Source of the DNA: the human T2T-CHM13v2.0 reference genome, Homo sapiens
DNA length: 64,000 nucleotides
Reading direction: 5' to 3' (one strand)
NCBI RefSeq assembly: GCF_009914755.1
Contig: NC_060936.1
The position numbers and the translations under genes were made by a program. The stretch's first letter is position 1. Each line of letters begins with the position of its first letter. Under the pieces are notes generated by a model. That model saw nothing but the letters and a program-made list of their open reading frames with translations. It was not told the origin of the DNA and ran no database searches. Positions 43,142-58,717 of the stretch are shown in pieces.

Positions 43142-44049
43142 TTCAATAGAGAATTTATATTATACCTTATATATATATATTAATTTAGGTTATACCTTGA
43201 TTACAGTTATGAAAAAAAGATGAAAGGAGAAAGAAAAAGATTGGAAGGAAGCATGTTCAAATGATAATCGGTGATTTCTTTTTTCTTTCCATTTTTTCCA
43301 AAACATGTGACACATTTACTTTACAATGCAAAACATATATTTAAAATTTTTCCCTTTTCCTCTTGGACAGCTTATGTCCATCTCAAGGAGTTAGAAGGAG
43401 ATTAGATAACCAGGAAGAGACCAATCTTTTCTATAAATTTCCTTCTTTGTAAAATGGGGGAAACAGTAGAAGAACAGTATAACTTTATAGGATTAGTCTG
43501 AGCATTAAATGGGACAATCTGGGTAAAATTTTTATTACAAGTCTAGCACATGGTAAATGGTCTGTGTTAGTGATTAGCAGCATCACCATCACCTTCATCA
43601 TTAGTGTTAGACCATCAGGACACTCCTGGACTTGGGAGTTCACCATTCCACTAGACATCACAGTTCCAATATTGTGTGCCTGTGGCATGTGAAGAGGAAG
43701 CAGAAATGCCACTTCCTAGTTGGCTGATCTGTGAGTTTCTAGCCATGAGCTGAGAGAGAAATCAGCCTTAGAGTTGGAAGTGGTGAACTTTCTGTAGCGA
43801 TAGTAGAAGCTGACCTTGTCACTCCCAGGGATGCACCTGCCACTCAAATCAAACCTCCCTGTGAGCAAGGAGGGCAGGCATTCTTCCTTCAGTACAGCAC
43901 CAGGAATCTCCTGGGGACAGGGGGAGGAGAGATGGGGCAGGTCAGAAAGCCTGCTGTCTCTGCATGGAAAGGGGGTGGAATTCTGGACCTAGCCAAGGTT
44001 AAGTTCCTAGCCAAGTTCATCCAGTAACATGACTTCTTTCTTTTGGTTG

Positions 44050-45000
44050 ATAGCTCCACTATCTCTATCTAGCCCTCACCTTTCCTCTAAGACTTGTTTT
44101 ATATACAGTTGTCTATTCGACATCTCTACTTGGATGGGGTTTAATATACCCCAAATAATACTCTATTCTTTTTTATTAGCACGCCCTCAACCTACAAGTC
44201 TTCCTCTCCTTTCCATCTCACAGAATAGCACCACAAACTACCTACTTGCTTGAGGGAAAATTTAGGAGTCACCTTCAATTCCTCCTTTCTTCAACCATAT
44301 CCAGTTCATCAAATGGCTCTGATATATATCCTGAATAATCTCCTCACCCCTGCTCCCCCACTCCCTACCTCCAGAGCCATAGTCCAGTCCAAGCCACTAA
44401 CACCTTTCCAAACCATTCTTCACACAGCAATCAGAGTGCTGCACAAACAAGGTAAATCAGGTCATAGAAACTGGCATAAGAACTCCAATGGCTTCGTACT
44501 GCACCTGGAATAAAACCCAAACTCCCTACTCTGAACGGCAAGGCCTGTGTGATCTCACTTCCATCCACCTCCCCAAGGCTTTGATTCAAACGCACTCACA
44601 TCTATTTGTCAGACGCACGGAGCGCTTGCCCACAGCAGGGCCTCACTGCTCCTTCCATCTGGTATACCCTTCCGATGGCTAACCCTTTTTATACTCAACT
44701 ATCAGGTCAAATGGCAGCTCCTCAGAAGGCCTTCCCTGGCCTTCCAAAGCCCCCATCACATCTGAGTAAGACACCCCTCTGTCCCTAATGGTGACTACCA
44801 CATTGCTCTGTTGATTTTCCTTATACCCCTCATTACACTGTGAAATTATCTTGTTCACTCATTTACCAGGTTTTGGCTGTTTCCCCCAAATGGGGATAAA
44901 TGCCACAAAAGAAGGGTGTTGTCCGTCATGTGCATCATTGCATGTCTTGCTCCTGGAACAGCATGTGGGACATACTGGTTGCCAAATGTGAAAGGGAGGC
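44050..45000. mobile_element. L2 fragments
   Basis: gacatctctacttggatg; ctccaatggctt...gaataaaacccaaactcc; ctcctcagaaggccttccctg. Confidence 0.65.
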
Positions 45001-45444
45001 AGGAGCAGATGATTTGTGTACAGGTATGTGGGGCCCGGTTCGGGGATCCAGGCGGAGTTGAGTATGATGCCTGATAGGATTGTCATGCCCAGTTGTTGCA
45101 GTTTAGATGCCAAAACCTCCACCCGAGGTGAACTCTGAAACTTCCCCGATAGCCCTACTGCAGTGCGTGGGCTTCTTCCTTCCTGGGCTGTTTTCTCACC
45201 TTTGTTACAAACAGCTTGGCTATACTAGCATGATGGAATAAGGGTTGAGAGAATCATCTTTGAGCTGGATGACCTTTGTCCTGGCACAACTGGATGGTGT
45301 TTGATCTGATGTACCCAGCACTGTCAGCAGGGGGATCCACTTCCTATCCCATCTTCACAAGGTGAAGGATCAGGAATCGGTGAAGAAACCAAGTTTTCTT
45401 TCTCATGAACAGGAGAAACGTAGGCTTTTAATATCAAATGAATG

Positions 45445-46263
45445 TGTGAACCCGGATTATCTGAGACAGGTCTCAGTCAGTTTAGGAAGTTTATTTTGCC
45501 AAAGTTAAAGACACATGCCAGTGACACAGCCTCAGGAGGTCCTGACGACGTGTGTCCAAGGTGGTCCGAGCACAGCTTGGTTTTGCACACATACTTTAGG
45601 GAGACATGAGACATCAATCAATATATGTAAGATGAACATTGATTCAGTCCGGAAAGGCTGGACCATTGGAAGCAGAGGCAGGGCAACTCAAAGTGGGGAG
45701 GGGGCTTCCAGGCCATAGATAGATAAGGGACAAAAAGTTGCATTCTTTTGAGTTTTTTTGTTTGTTTGCTTTAATTGAGTCAGGGTCTCACTCTGTCACC
45801 CACACTGGGGTGCAGTGGCGCCATCTCAGCACTGCAACTTTTGCCTCCCGGGTTCAAGTGATTCTCCTGCCTCAGCCTCCCAAGTAGCTGGGACTAGAGG
45901 CGCCTGCTACCATGCCCAGCTAATTTTTGTATTTTCAGTAGAGACAGGGTTTCACCACCTTGGCCAGGCTGGTCTCGAACTCCTGACCTCAAGTGATCTG
46001 ATGTACCCAGCACTGTCAGTGGGGGGATCCACTTCCTATCCCACCTAGGTCTCCCAAAGTGTTAGGATTACAGGTGTGAGCCATGGAGCTTGGCCTCTTT
46101 TGAGTTTTTGATTAGCCTCTCCAATCAGATATGCATTTACCTCAGTGAGCAGAGGGATGACTTTGAATAGAATGGGAGGCAGGTTTGCCCTAAGCAGTTT
46201 CCAGCTTGACTTCTCCCTTTGGCTTAGTGATTTTGGGGCTCTAAGATTTATTTTCCTTTCACA
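45445..46263 (-). mobile_element. MER4A-like ERV1 solo LTR interrupted by an Alu
   Basis: tgtgaaccc...atttattttcctttcaca; 4-bp TSD AATG. Confidence 0.85.
45753..46095 (-). mobile_element. Alu (AluS) carrying a 39-bp foreign insert
   Basis: TSD tcttttgagttttt; insert at 46001-46039. Confidence 0.93.
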
Positions 46264-46771
46264 AATGGATCTGATGACTGGAAAATGGTTCCCCTGACTC
46301 AGAGCCTCTGCTCTGACCTAGAGCACTATCTCCTTTATCTAGAACACTCTTTCTCATATACCGCGTGACTTCCTATCCCATCTTTTATATGATTGCTCAA
46401 ACATCCCATTCTTCATGAGGTCCTCCTCAGCTACTTTTACAAAAATTCTTTGCTCACTTTCACCCAGCCTGCTTAGTTTTTCTCCAGAGCACTATCACCA
46501 TCTACCAAGCTATAGACTTTATTGAGTGATGTGTTTATTGTCCCCCACCCTCCAATGTAAGCTCCATCAGTGAGGAGACTTTGTTTCTTTGGTTCCCTGT
46601 GTATCTCCAGCATTCAGACCAATGCTCACCACATCACATGTGCTCACTACATATCTGCTGGATGAAATAAAATCTAGGTATCAGAATCACAGGTTCATGG
46701 CGTGGGAGGATTTCTGGGCTAAGGCATCCTAATAAGAAATGGCATCAAGCCTGAGATGTCACTGAAAATGA

Positions 46772-47740
<969 letters not shown>

Positions 47741-47751
47741 TAATTGATAGT

Positions 47752-48098
47752 TGGTATGGATTGAGTATTTGTGCTCCCTTGAAAGCCCTATGTTAAAGCC
47801 CTGATCCCCAGTGTGATGGTATTTGGAGGTGAGGTCTTTGGAGATAATTAGGGTTAGATTAGGTCAGGAGGGTGGGGCCTTCATGATGTCCTCATTAAAA
47901 GACTACGAGACAGGAGACCATGTGAGGATACAGCTAGATGTCTACAAGCCGGGAAGCAGGCCCTCACCAGATGTCAAATTTTTCAGTACCTTGATTTTGG
48001 GCTTTCCAGCCTCCAGAACTGTGAGAAATAAATTTCTGTTGTGTATAAGCCACCCAGTCTATGGTACTTTGTTATGGCAGCCCAATTGACTAAGATAC
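47752..48098 (+). mobile_element. MaLR solo LTR (MSTC/D or MLT1A-like)
   Basis: tggtatggattga...ccagcctccagaactgtgagaaataaatttctgtt...gactaagata. Confidence 0.8.
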
Positions 48099-48574
48099 TG
48101 GAGTGGTATTATAGAACAGTGTTATAACCTCCTTGAATTGCAGTGCTAGTTGGAGGACTAAACTCTAGGAGGCAGTGTTGCATATTCTGAAGAAATTGTT
48201 CTTTCTAACTCTCCTAAGAACACACAGTGTGACCTTAGACCAGCCACTTTCCAGCCTTGAGCCTTCGAGTCCTCATCCGTGATGGGAAGGAAATAGATTG
48301 GACATACTTTAAGTTTCTCAGTCAATGCTAACATCTGTAATCAATTCAGTGTGCAAGATGATGTTAATTTGCCTAGATCTTTTTTCATCTAATATTCACC
48401 TTTATGTTTATTTACCCAATGTCCTCACTGTTGGTGCAGAGTAAATTCTATCTGGAACCACTGCTTAGGATTGCTGTCTCAGTGGAAAATAATATCTTTC
48501 TTTCTCCAGATGTCATTGTTTTCCTCTTTTTAATTCCTTACCTTTCCTACAATCCAGAATTGTAAGAAAACAAA

Positions 48575-48648
48575 TATTAGAATAATATTTGACCAAATAT
48601 CTGGGCATTATGGCCCAGCCAAGTCGACACATAAAATTAGCCATCACA
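48575..48648 (-). mobile_element. MLT2 (ERVL) LTR terminal fragment
   Basis: tttgaccaaatatctggg...gacacataaaattagccatcaca. Confidence 0.65.
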
Positions 48649-49422
48649 TAGTACCGACTACTTATGCTTTGCTTTTCTAAAAGTGTTCTATATGCTTTAT
48701 CTAAGTGTTCTATATGCTTGATATAAGAAATGCTGAGGCCTGGAGGGATTGAAATGGCTTGTCCAAGGTCACACAATAAGTGGCACCATGGGACAAAACC
48801 CCAGGTCCTGTTATTCTGCATCCCATGCTCTTTCTCCCTCATCCTGCTGCTTCTCCAGAGTTGGCAGTTACCAGGAGCATGTCATTCATGGTGATTTGTA
48901 CCTGGCTGTGAAAGGCCCTCTGGATCAGAGGCACAATCACTGACAGTCTGATTTGGAATCCTTGGTCTTGTGACACAAAACACAATCAGCCCTAGCTCGG
49001 ATGGACGGTTTTGAGAAGGTGTGAGTTTTTCCTTTTGCTTTGCTTTTTTTTCATTGTTGCAAGCAATTTGGCTTCCTGATGTCTATTTTTTCATTTCTCA
49101 GCCATGACAAAGGCCATGGTGATGAGTTGCTTCTGTGAGGTATTGACCATCCCTTGTACTCGGGATCAATTCACTGGGTCCAGCTCACAGAAAGACGTTG
49201 CAGACAGATTACTGGCAATAAATGTGAACAAAGCCACAATGATGGAAATACATCTAAGTTTCTCCTGGGCTCTTTTGCTTTATTTACCTATTGACTTTTC
49301 AGCACCATGTCTTTCAGATGTGTCTAGGAAATGCCTCGTATATCTCCTTACTAGCATTAGTCACAACTATCAGCTGACAATGAATTTTGTCCTAGGTTGT
49401 TGGGAGTTGCCATGATGCTTAA

Positions 49423-49869
<447 letters not shown>

Positions 49870-51485
49870 CTGGAGCAGTTTTTTCCTTGGGAAGCCAAAT
49901 GGTAGTAGAGTTAGTTTCAACTAAACCCTGCCTTTGGTTCAGTGGGAGCCAGTAACATTGAAACATGTGATGTCTGGGCCTTGGCAACCATCAAGACAAA
50001 ATTCAATTTGCCCTAGAATTTTCACACTCAGGGGAAACACACATGCGCACATACACACACATCAAAAGAAAGTTTGCCAAAGGTTCGGGGTAGCAGGAGG
50101 GACAAGGGGAAAAGCTTTCATTTAAGAACAGTCATGAATGGTTAGCATATGAAAGGTATCACACCAGGTCCTGGGCCTGCAGCCTCTGTAGCCTCACAGA
50201 GCTCATGGTCTCCGAAAGGCAAATTCAACAAATATTTATTAAGGTCCTACTGTGTGTTAGACACGGAATGAAATGTCCCATCCTATTTGGTGCCATCACA
50301 GAACTTCAGTCCAATAGGGCATAGGTGCTGTGATAGGGGAGACAGAGGATATGGAATTCTGTAGCCTGCCCTGGCCTGGAAAGCATGGGAAAGCTTTCTA
50401 GATAAAGTGACATCAGAGCCGCCCTCTTAAGGATGTGTAGAAGTCAACCAAATGGAGGCCATTTTTGGGCATGGTGGTTTCACTCAGGAGAAAAACAAAC
50501 GTTTTGGTTGGAAGAGATACGAGGCCATTGGTAGAACTGAAATACAGGCAGATAGGCTGGAAAAGGCGAGTACAAAGCGAGGCTGGGGAATGGCTGGGGC
50601 AGGAGGAGGGGAGTGGTGAGAGGTGAGGCTGAGGAGGGGACCAGGGGCCAGAGCTGGGGTGCCTTGTATGCCATATTGAGGAATTTGGGCTTCGCTTTTA
50701 GTCTTTTGAAAGATTTTAAGATTTTTAAAAATTATGAATGAAACAATGAGGCCTGAGGCTTTGAAAGTTCACTCTGTCTGCAATTTGCTGTGATATGTCC
50801 TTTAATATAGATTGCCCAATTGCCCAGAGAGTACTTCTAGAGCATACTCGAGGATGCAGAAGCAAGGTAAAGGGATGTGGGGACAGGCGGGGCTGTGTCT
50901 GTTGCCATCAGCAGCTCTGGGCTCCCTCTTGGGAACTCTGTGGCACTCCTGGTACCTTCTCTGATGTCTCTGTCATCCATGATAGTCGTATGCTCCTGGC
51001 CTTCAGGGTGGAGGCTGTCACCGCCCTCTCTGTGATTTTGATCACAGTTTACGTCTGGCTTGCCGCCCCGAATCTTTGGCAAACTTTCTTTTGATGTGTG
51101 TATGTGCGCGTGCATGTTTTCCCTGAGTGTGAATATTCGAGGGCAAATTGAATTTTGTCTTGATGGTTGTCAAGCCACTGCAGATTCAGATACTTCCCTC
51201 ACTGCTGGCTTCTCTACAAATCCAGCAGCTTCTGTCTTGGTGCCTGCCAACACCCAGTGAAGCAGTGAAGAGGCAAGTCCAGAGCCTCAGTGAGGAGACT
51301 CAGCTCAAAGATGAAAAGCACACTCCTGTTCTCTCCCTGTTCTATTTGTTACTGGCAAAGTCTTACTTGCTGGGGTAGTAACAGAAACTTGCTGCCTGGA
51401 GACTGACAGGCTTGAATGCTGGTTCTGCTGCCTGATAGCTATGTGGCTTTGAGAAGGCAATGTGAACCTTCCTGAACCTCAGACC

Positions 51486-51786
<301 letters not shown>

Positions 51787-52044
51787 CCCTCAGACTTTCA
51801 TCTGTAAATAATGACTGACACTGCATGGTTGCTGTGAGACTAGTAGGTGCACCATAAATAGGTCAAAGAAAACAACAGGATCAAAGGCAAAGCTGTCGCT
51901 GGTAGTGACCTTGAGGAGAAAATAAGTTGGCATCTCTGTCTTTATTTGATGATTTCTTCTTATAATAACACTTTCAATATTTTAATTAAATTTCATTTTT
52001 TCAACTATTGTCCAGATATTTTTGCCTTGGAGTTTTTAAAGTGT

Positions 52045-52286
<242 letters not shown>

Positions 52287-53768
52287 AAGAGTGTCGAATG
52301 TTGATTGACAACAGTAAGCCTAAGGTTAGTCCTTGGAATTGTCATTGTTGCTCAGAGACCTTGTGATTATGGTACTGGCAGTAACGGGATCTGGAATATT
52401 ACTAAACGGTAATATGGGAGAGAGGGCTGATACTATGAAGAGGTCCTGAGATAAAATTCTAGGATATGTTGTTGTATTAGTTAGGATACCAGCTGAAATG
52501 CTATAACAAAGGGACCCCCAAATCCAGTGTCACACAATTCATGAAACAGGTCCAGGGTCAGGGGGTGGCTCCTGTCATCCTCAACACGTGGCTTCCAAGA
52601 TCGCTCCAGTCACCCATCTCTCAGACAGCAGGAATGCAGAAAGGGAGCGCCACAGCTTCTCCTTCCAGGAGATGATCTGCAAATTGCACCTGTCATGCTT
52701 TGCTCACATTCTATTGCCCAAATGTAGTCACTTGTGATCCATAGAATGGATACTGGGAGACAATTAGTAGACTTTGCTACAGGTAGCCAATAGCCCAGCC
52801 TGCAGAGTCACGTCAGATATGAAATCCCAAAGTTCCTCCTGACTATTGGCAACAACAATCACTAACTGCTACTACAAAAAGGTAAAACAAAAATGAACTT
52901 ACACTTTCAAAATATCATTCATGTATATTAAACAAATACTTCTTGAGTGTCTACCCAGTGCCAGACAGTGGTCTAGGTTCTGGGAGGTACAGCATCGTGG
53001 GCCACATGGTTAGAAGCTGAGTGTTCCTAACAAGGAGGCTGATTTTGCTGCTCTACTTTGCACTGGTTAAAAAAAAAATTCCACCTCCCACCCATCAAAT
53101 ATGGGGAGTACTGTGCTTGCTTCTGGGTGCACATTTGAGTAGGACCATTTATGACACCGCCAGCAGAGACAGATCAGGACAGTGGAAGGACTCAAGATCA
53201 TCAGATGTAAAGAACAATTTGATTCTTGGTTTGGCAAGGTTTGGTCTCAAGAAACGGTGTGTGTGTGTGCACGCGTGTGTGTGTGTGTGTTGAGGGCATG
53301 TATAGAAGCATCATACTCTTCAGATGTTTGAGGCAGGTCCTGAGCAGGCAGGAGGATGGACTACTTAGGTGTGGACCCACAGGCAGAATCAGAACCAGTG
53401 GGATCTGGCTGTCAGGGGACAGCTTTTCACTCAACATGGAGAAGGCCTCTAAAGAGTGTAATGTCCCAGCATGCAGTGTGTTGTCTCAGGAAGGGTGAAT
53501 TGTCTTTCACTAAAGGGATTCCAGCTGGATGAATCTTGGCAGGATGATTGTAGAGAGAATTCTACCACACAACAAGGCACTGAACCAGGTGACACAAAAA
53601 TTTCCTTCTCACCTCAAGGTTCTAAGAACAGAAGGTCAGTGACATGAAGACCTACTGTGAATGCATTTACTCCAACCAACCGGGAGCCAGTGGGTATCAG
53701 CAGCCTCTGAGGTCTATTCCTTGATGTCTTGCAGATGAAGAGGCTCTCCATTCCACATTCCCCACTGA

Positions 53769-53897
<129 letters not shown>

Positions 53898-54523
53898 TGA
53901 TAAGACCCTCAGCTGCCAATTTCTTGGATTCTGTCTTTGGTAAGCAATCCATTTAGAAGGGGAGATTTTAAACATTAACAAGAGCTTAAAGAAATAATTA
54001 AAGTGTGTGTGCTTGTGTATTATCTTGGACTCAGGGATGCAGAACCCCCCGCCCATAAGAAAGGCTGTTTCTACTCAAAAGCCCCTCTGTGCTTTGAAGC
54101 ATCTTCTTCTAAAGTTTCTCATATTCAAGTCCCTCCCTGGTGCCTGGGACTGGCGGGGCTGGCAATGCCATCTGGACAAGGCGCTCTAAGGCGTGTGGGG
54201 TTTCCTGCAGGCCCTGCTTCCAGGAGTAACCTGACTGATGCATGGGTCACTCCTGGGTCTGGTGCGGTGTTTTGTTTTTTTCAACATACTGATTTGGAAT
54301 GACTCAAATTATTTACACACACAGGGGCTCTGCATACGTTAGGGGCAGCCCTGATCGCCCCAGCCCTGTCCATCCATGTCCCAAGCCTCCTTCCCCAGAG
54401 GCAATGACAAGTGCATCTGAGAATCTTCAGTCGCCCTCAGGGATGAACATAGCTTCCACCCTTGGTTTCAGATGGATTGAAGCGGAGGCTCTCATCTGGG
54501 CCTTTTGAGGCTCGCCATGCTAA

Positions 54524-54544
54524 GTGCTGCCACCTGGAGGCAGC
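54524..54544 (-). promoter_or_regulatory. Candidate CTCF site
   Basis: Minus strand GCTGCCTCCAGGTGGCAGCAC is close to the CCAC(C/T)AG(G/A)(T/G)GGCAG core. Confidence 0.6.
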
Positions 54545-55267
54545 GTGGAGAAACCCTCGCTGGTGTTCCTCCCTTGGCCTTTGCTTCTGCCACGTGTAGT
54601 TTGTTATACGCTGTTTTTATCAAATCGGTCCAAGGTAGGAGATTTAAGAAATAATGTCCATAGATATTTGACTTCGCAAAATAGTCACTTATATACTTTC
54701 AGGGAAGAAACATTAAAAATTATGAAATCTGAGGAGGGGGAAGGAGAGGAAAAAAAATCCCAAATGTTTTGCTCCAAAGTCTGGCCCATTTTATTAACTA
54801 ATATTAAAAATAGTTAATAATTATTGAGTCATAACTTTGCATCAGACCCCATATTAATAGCTTTATCTTCACAATTTCATTTAATTTTTCAAACAACCTG
54901 ACGAGGAAGGTTCTGGCATTAACACAATTTTGTAGTTGATGAAATTGAGGTTAAGGGATGTTCGGTAGCTTGCTCAAGGTCTTACAGCTAGTAAGTGTTT
55001 GAGCCCGACTAGAGCAGTGCCTCAGCTCTTAATCACCATACTATTTAATAATATGATGATATAAACATGATGGCAAGTATGTATTGTGTATGCTATATGG
55101 CTAGCTGTGTAATATGAGTTTATTAATACCCACAAAAATAGGTATTACTATTATCTCCATTTCATTTGTGAGAAAACCAAGTCACAGAAAGGTTAAGTAA
55201 CTTGTCACCAAAAGTGGTCTATCCAAGATTTGAATCCATGAAATCTAAGTCCAAAGCTCATATTCCA

Positions 55268-55575
55268 CTTTTTTTTTTTTTTTTTTTTGAGAGAGAGAAT
55301 CTCGCTCTGTCACCCAGGCTGGAGTGCCATGGTGCAATCTTAGCTTACTGTAACCTCTGCCTCCTGGGTTCAAGTGATTCTTCTGCCTCAGCTTCCTGAG
55401 TAGCTGGGATTACAGGCACCTGCCACCAAGCCTGGCTAATTTTTTTGGTATTTTTAGTAGAGATGGGGTTTTGTCATGTTGGCCAGGCTGCTCTCCAACT
55501 CCTGACCTCAGGTGATCTGCCCACCTTGGCCTCCCAAAGTGTTGGGATTACAGGCGTGAGCCACCATACCCGGCC
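55268..55575 (-). mobile_element. Alu (AluS)
   Basis: TSD caaagctcatattc. Confidence 0.94.
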
Positions 55576-55767
55576 CAAAGCTCATATTCTTACTTTTATG
55601 TTCAAAGACCTCACTTCTTCACAAATGTTGACCAGGCCATGTTTGAAATTTGGTTTTATATGTGGAATATGTAATATGTTTTTTATGTGGAATGTATATA
55701 TAAAACATATATAAAAACATATATAAAAATATGTTTTATATGTGGAATGTAAAATCAGAGCTCATAA

Positions 55768-55925
55768 ACCAGGCACAGTGGCATATCGCAGTAGTCCCAG
55801 CTACTCAAGAGGCTGAGGTGGGAGGATCACTTGAGTCCAGGAGCTCAGGGCCAGCCTGGGCAGCATAGCAAGATCCATCAAGATCCATCTCTAGGAAAAA
55901 CAAACAAACAAACAAACAAAAAACA
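55768..55925 (+). mobile_element. FLAM-like Alu monomer
   Basis: Single arm with (CAAA)n tail. Confidence 0.75.
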
Positions 55926-56202
55926 AGAAGAACTTACTCCCCTGGTATACTGTGGACCACAGACCATAGAAAGTACACATTGTCTGCTGAAAAATACGTA
56001 GAGAAGATACCTGGCTGGTACCCAGCCAGCAGGTGTTATGGATGCAGGGCGGCAGTGATGCCCATGCCACCCTGTATCTGCTCTTTTAGGTTCTAGGAGG
56101 CCCTGAGGGAGGGGGATTGTGTGTATCAGTTTTAGATGTCACCACCAACTCTGAACAGCTCTGAATCCTAGGACACATACTTATATCTGATTTTTACTGC
56201 AT

Positions 56203-56510
56203 GTTTTTGTTTTGTTTTGTTTTTTGGAGACAGTCTCACTTCATCACCCAGGCTGAAGCACAGTGGCGTGATCATAGCTCACTGCCGCCTTGACCCCCTA
56301 GGCTCAGGCCATCCTCCTGTCTTAGCTTTCTGAGTAGCTGGGACTATAGGCACATGCCAGCATGCCTGGTTAATTTTTAAGTTTTTTTTTGTGTGTGTGG
56401 AGATGGGGTCTTACTATGTTGCCCAGGTGGGTCTCAAACTCCTGGCCTCAAGCAATCCTCTTGCCTTGGCCTCTTAATGTTGGGATTACAGGTGTGAGCC
56501 ACTGTGCCCC
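56203..56510 (-). mobile_element. Alu (AluJ-like)
   Basis: TSD ctgcatgttt. Confidence 0.92.
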
Positions 56511-57093
56511 ACCCTACGCTGCATGTTTCAGTGGGGTAACAACAGAGTGGGATTTGCAAAAACTGTGTGTGGGAGAGACATCGACTCCCTTAGCCTTGGG
56601 TACTGGAGGTGAGGCAGCTGCAGAGAACTGCACTGGTGGCTGGGGGGCCATACCCCATCGACCTTGATGGAACAGCTGAAGGACACGGTTGTTTCCACTC
56701 TGACGCTGGCTTTCTGCTCTTTGCTCTCAAACGCCTCAGTGCTCCTTCCACAGGCTCTCTGAGTATCACTTGAAATATTCAGAGGAAAGTGGCTCTAAAC
56801 TTTATGTTGGCCAAACACAAAGCCAGTGCCCATCACGGAAAGAACTCAAGAACATGGGCATATTCTTGCCTCTTATATTTGACGTTTTGCCTAACTCCAG
56901 TCTTTTATCAACTTTTGGACTTATAACTTTTAGAAGTTTTATTTCCCCTGCAGTGAGGGGGCTTGATCTTGTCCTTAGTCATCTCTCCCACCAGCAGGAT
57001 TTACCAACTCTGGCTTAGCTGTTTCTTCCTCCACTTACTGGCTTGCCTTTGTCCTTAGGAGAGTAAAGCTGGCTTTAACACATTCCATATCCC

Positions 57094-57371
57094 AGGCTGG
57101 GCACAGTGGTGCACGCCTGTAATCCCAGCACTTTGGGAGGCCAAGGTGGGCAGATCACTTGAGGCCAGGAGTGGCCTGGCCAGCATGGTGAAACTCCGTC
57201 TCTACTAAAAATACAAAAATTAGCCGGGTATGGTGGGGCATGCTTGTAATCCCAGCGACTCAGAAGGCCGAGGCACGAGAATCACTTGAACCCAGGAGGC
57301 AGAGGTTGCAGTGTGATGAGATTGTGCCACTGAACACCAGCCTGGGTGACAGAGTGAGACTCCATCTCAAA
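57094..57371 (+). mobile_element. Alu (AluS)
   Basis: Near-full Alu with a C-rich degenerate tail. Confidence 0.92.
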
Positions 57372-58620
57372 CCCCTGTACCCCCATCCCCCCCAAAAAAA
57401 CCCATTCCAAATCTTTTCATCTCCTCTCTCTGTGGAGTGCTCTCTGTTGCTCAGCGCTCCATGCCCATTGCTGTGGAGCTGACCTGGGAGTGACTGATGG
57501 CTCCTGAGGCTGAAGGATGGAAATAGCAGGAGGGCTCCTGGCTGCCCCGCCTGTGGCAAGAGCCAACCAGCCTGCCAGGTACCGTGAACAGCAGCTGTGG
57601 CTATACAACCCTGAATGAAGAGGCTCGAGTTTCCTGAGTGGGAATGGCATGGCAATGACATGCTGTTCCTGAGTTGTCTGGGATCTGACATCTCTGCCAG
57701 ACCTGCTGCCAATGGGGCCTGGTGAAGCAGGGTTGGTTGGTGCTGGGAGTCCCCGCGGGTTGGATGATTTACACTGTCATCCAGCCAGGGGGAACACCAT
57801 GACTGTGTACTTCACCCAGAGAGGCAGGTCAACAAGAGAAAAGCATGCAGGTTTAACGTGTCTGAGTGATAGCACGGGGCTGCTGGAAGTTTATAGAAGT
57901 GAGCAGAAAGATGATCTGAGAACTTTAACTTCTGTATTTTCTTATGCTTTCCCTGAGTGCATTTGTGGAACTCACAGTGGTTGAGGTCTTCATGGAGCCG
58001 GTGATGCTTTAGTAAAAGAAGTACAAACTCAAGATACCTATGAGAGCCAGGTAGGCAACAAATGAGTGAAGCAGGCCTAGTGTAGGACAATAGGGAGTGG
58101 CGGAGACTGCAGTAAATTGGAGCATGTTGGCCAAAAAAACAGAGCTATCTGAAAATCAGATTCAGACTACCAGCCACCTTCCCACTGCAGACCAAAATTG
58201 TATATCTAATTGTGTTTCAGACTGCTAAATTAAGAAACTTATTAGTAAACATTATTTTGCTTAATGTAAAAAAAAAGACAAAAACTAGATTCAGTAAAAT
58301 TGCTTTAAGCGCTTCTGCTGTTCCACTTTTCATCATGGAAACTGGTACTTCTGGAATGCCCCAGTTTAAACCCTTGAGTGAGTAATACCATATGTGAAGG
58401 GTGGGCCCTAAAGTCAGCACACATAACACTGGTAGAGTGAAAATTACCATTAAAATCTCCTGGGAAGGTACCATGTTGGGCATTAATAAAGTGCATTTCT
58501 TAGGAACTCCACATGCCTGGATGCTAAAAAGTGGAGAATGTTTTTCAGTTGAGCAGCAGATGAGATTGTTGGCTTGTGTTTAGGAGCCAAGTTGTTTTGA
58601 AAGATTCGAGTGTTGTACCT

Positions 58621-58717
58621 TTAACCACCAGGATCACTCTTAGCACACTGGAATTGAGGCTGAGGGAGTGGGATTTTTATATCTTCCATCTTCCACTCAT
58701 TCTTAGGCATCTGTTTC
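58621..58717 (-). CDS. BEST3: Distal alternative terminal coding exon of bestrophin-3 (short isoform C-terminus)
   Basis: Minus-strand acceptor ctcccttctccccttctccccag|G, then KQMPKNEWKMEDIKIPLPQPQFQCAKSDPGG*. Assigned from recall of a BEST3 short isoform and the CCT2-LRRC10-BEST3 gene order; upstream exons lie outside the window. Confidence 0.75.
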
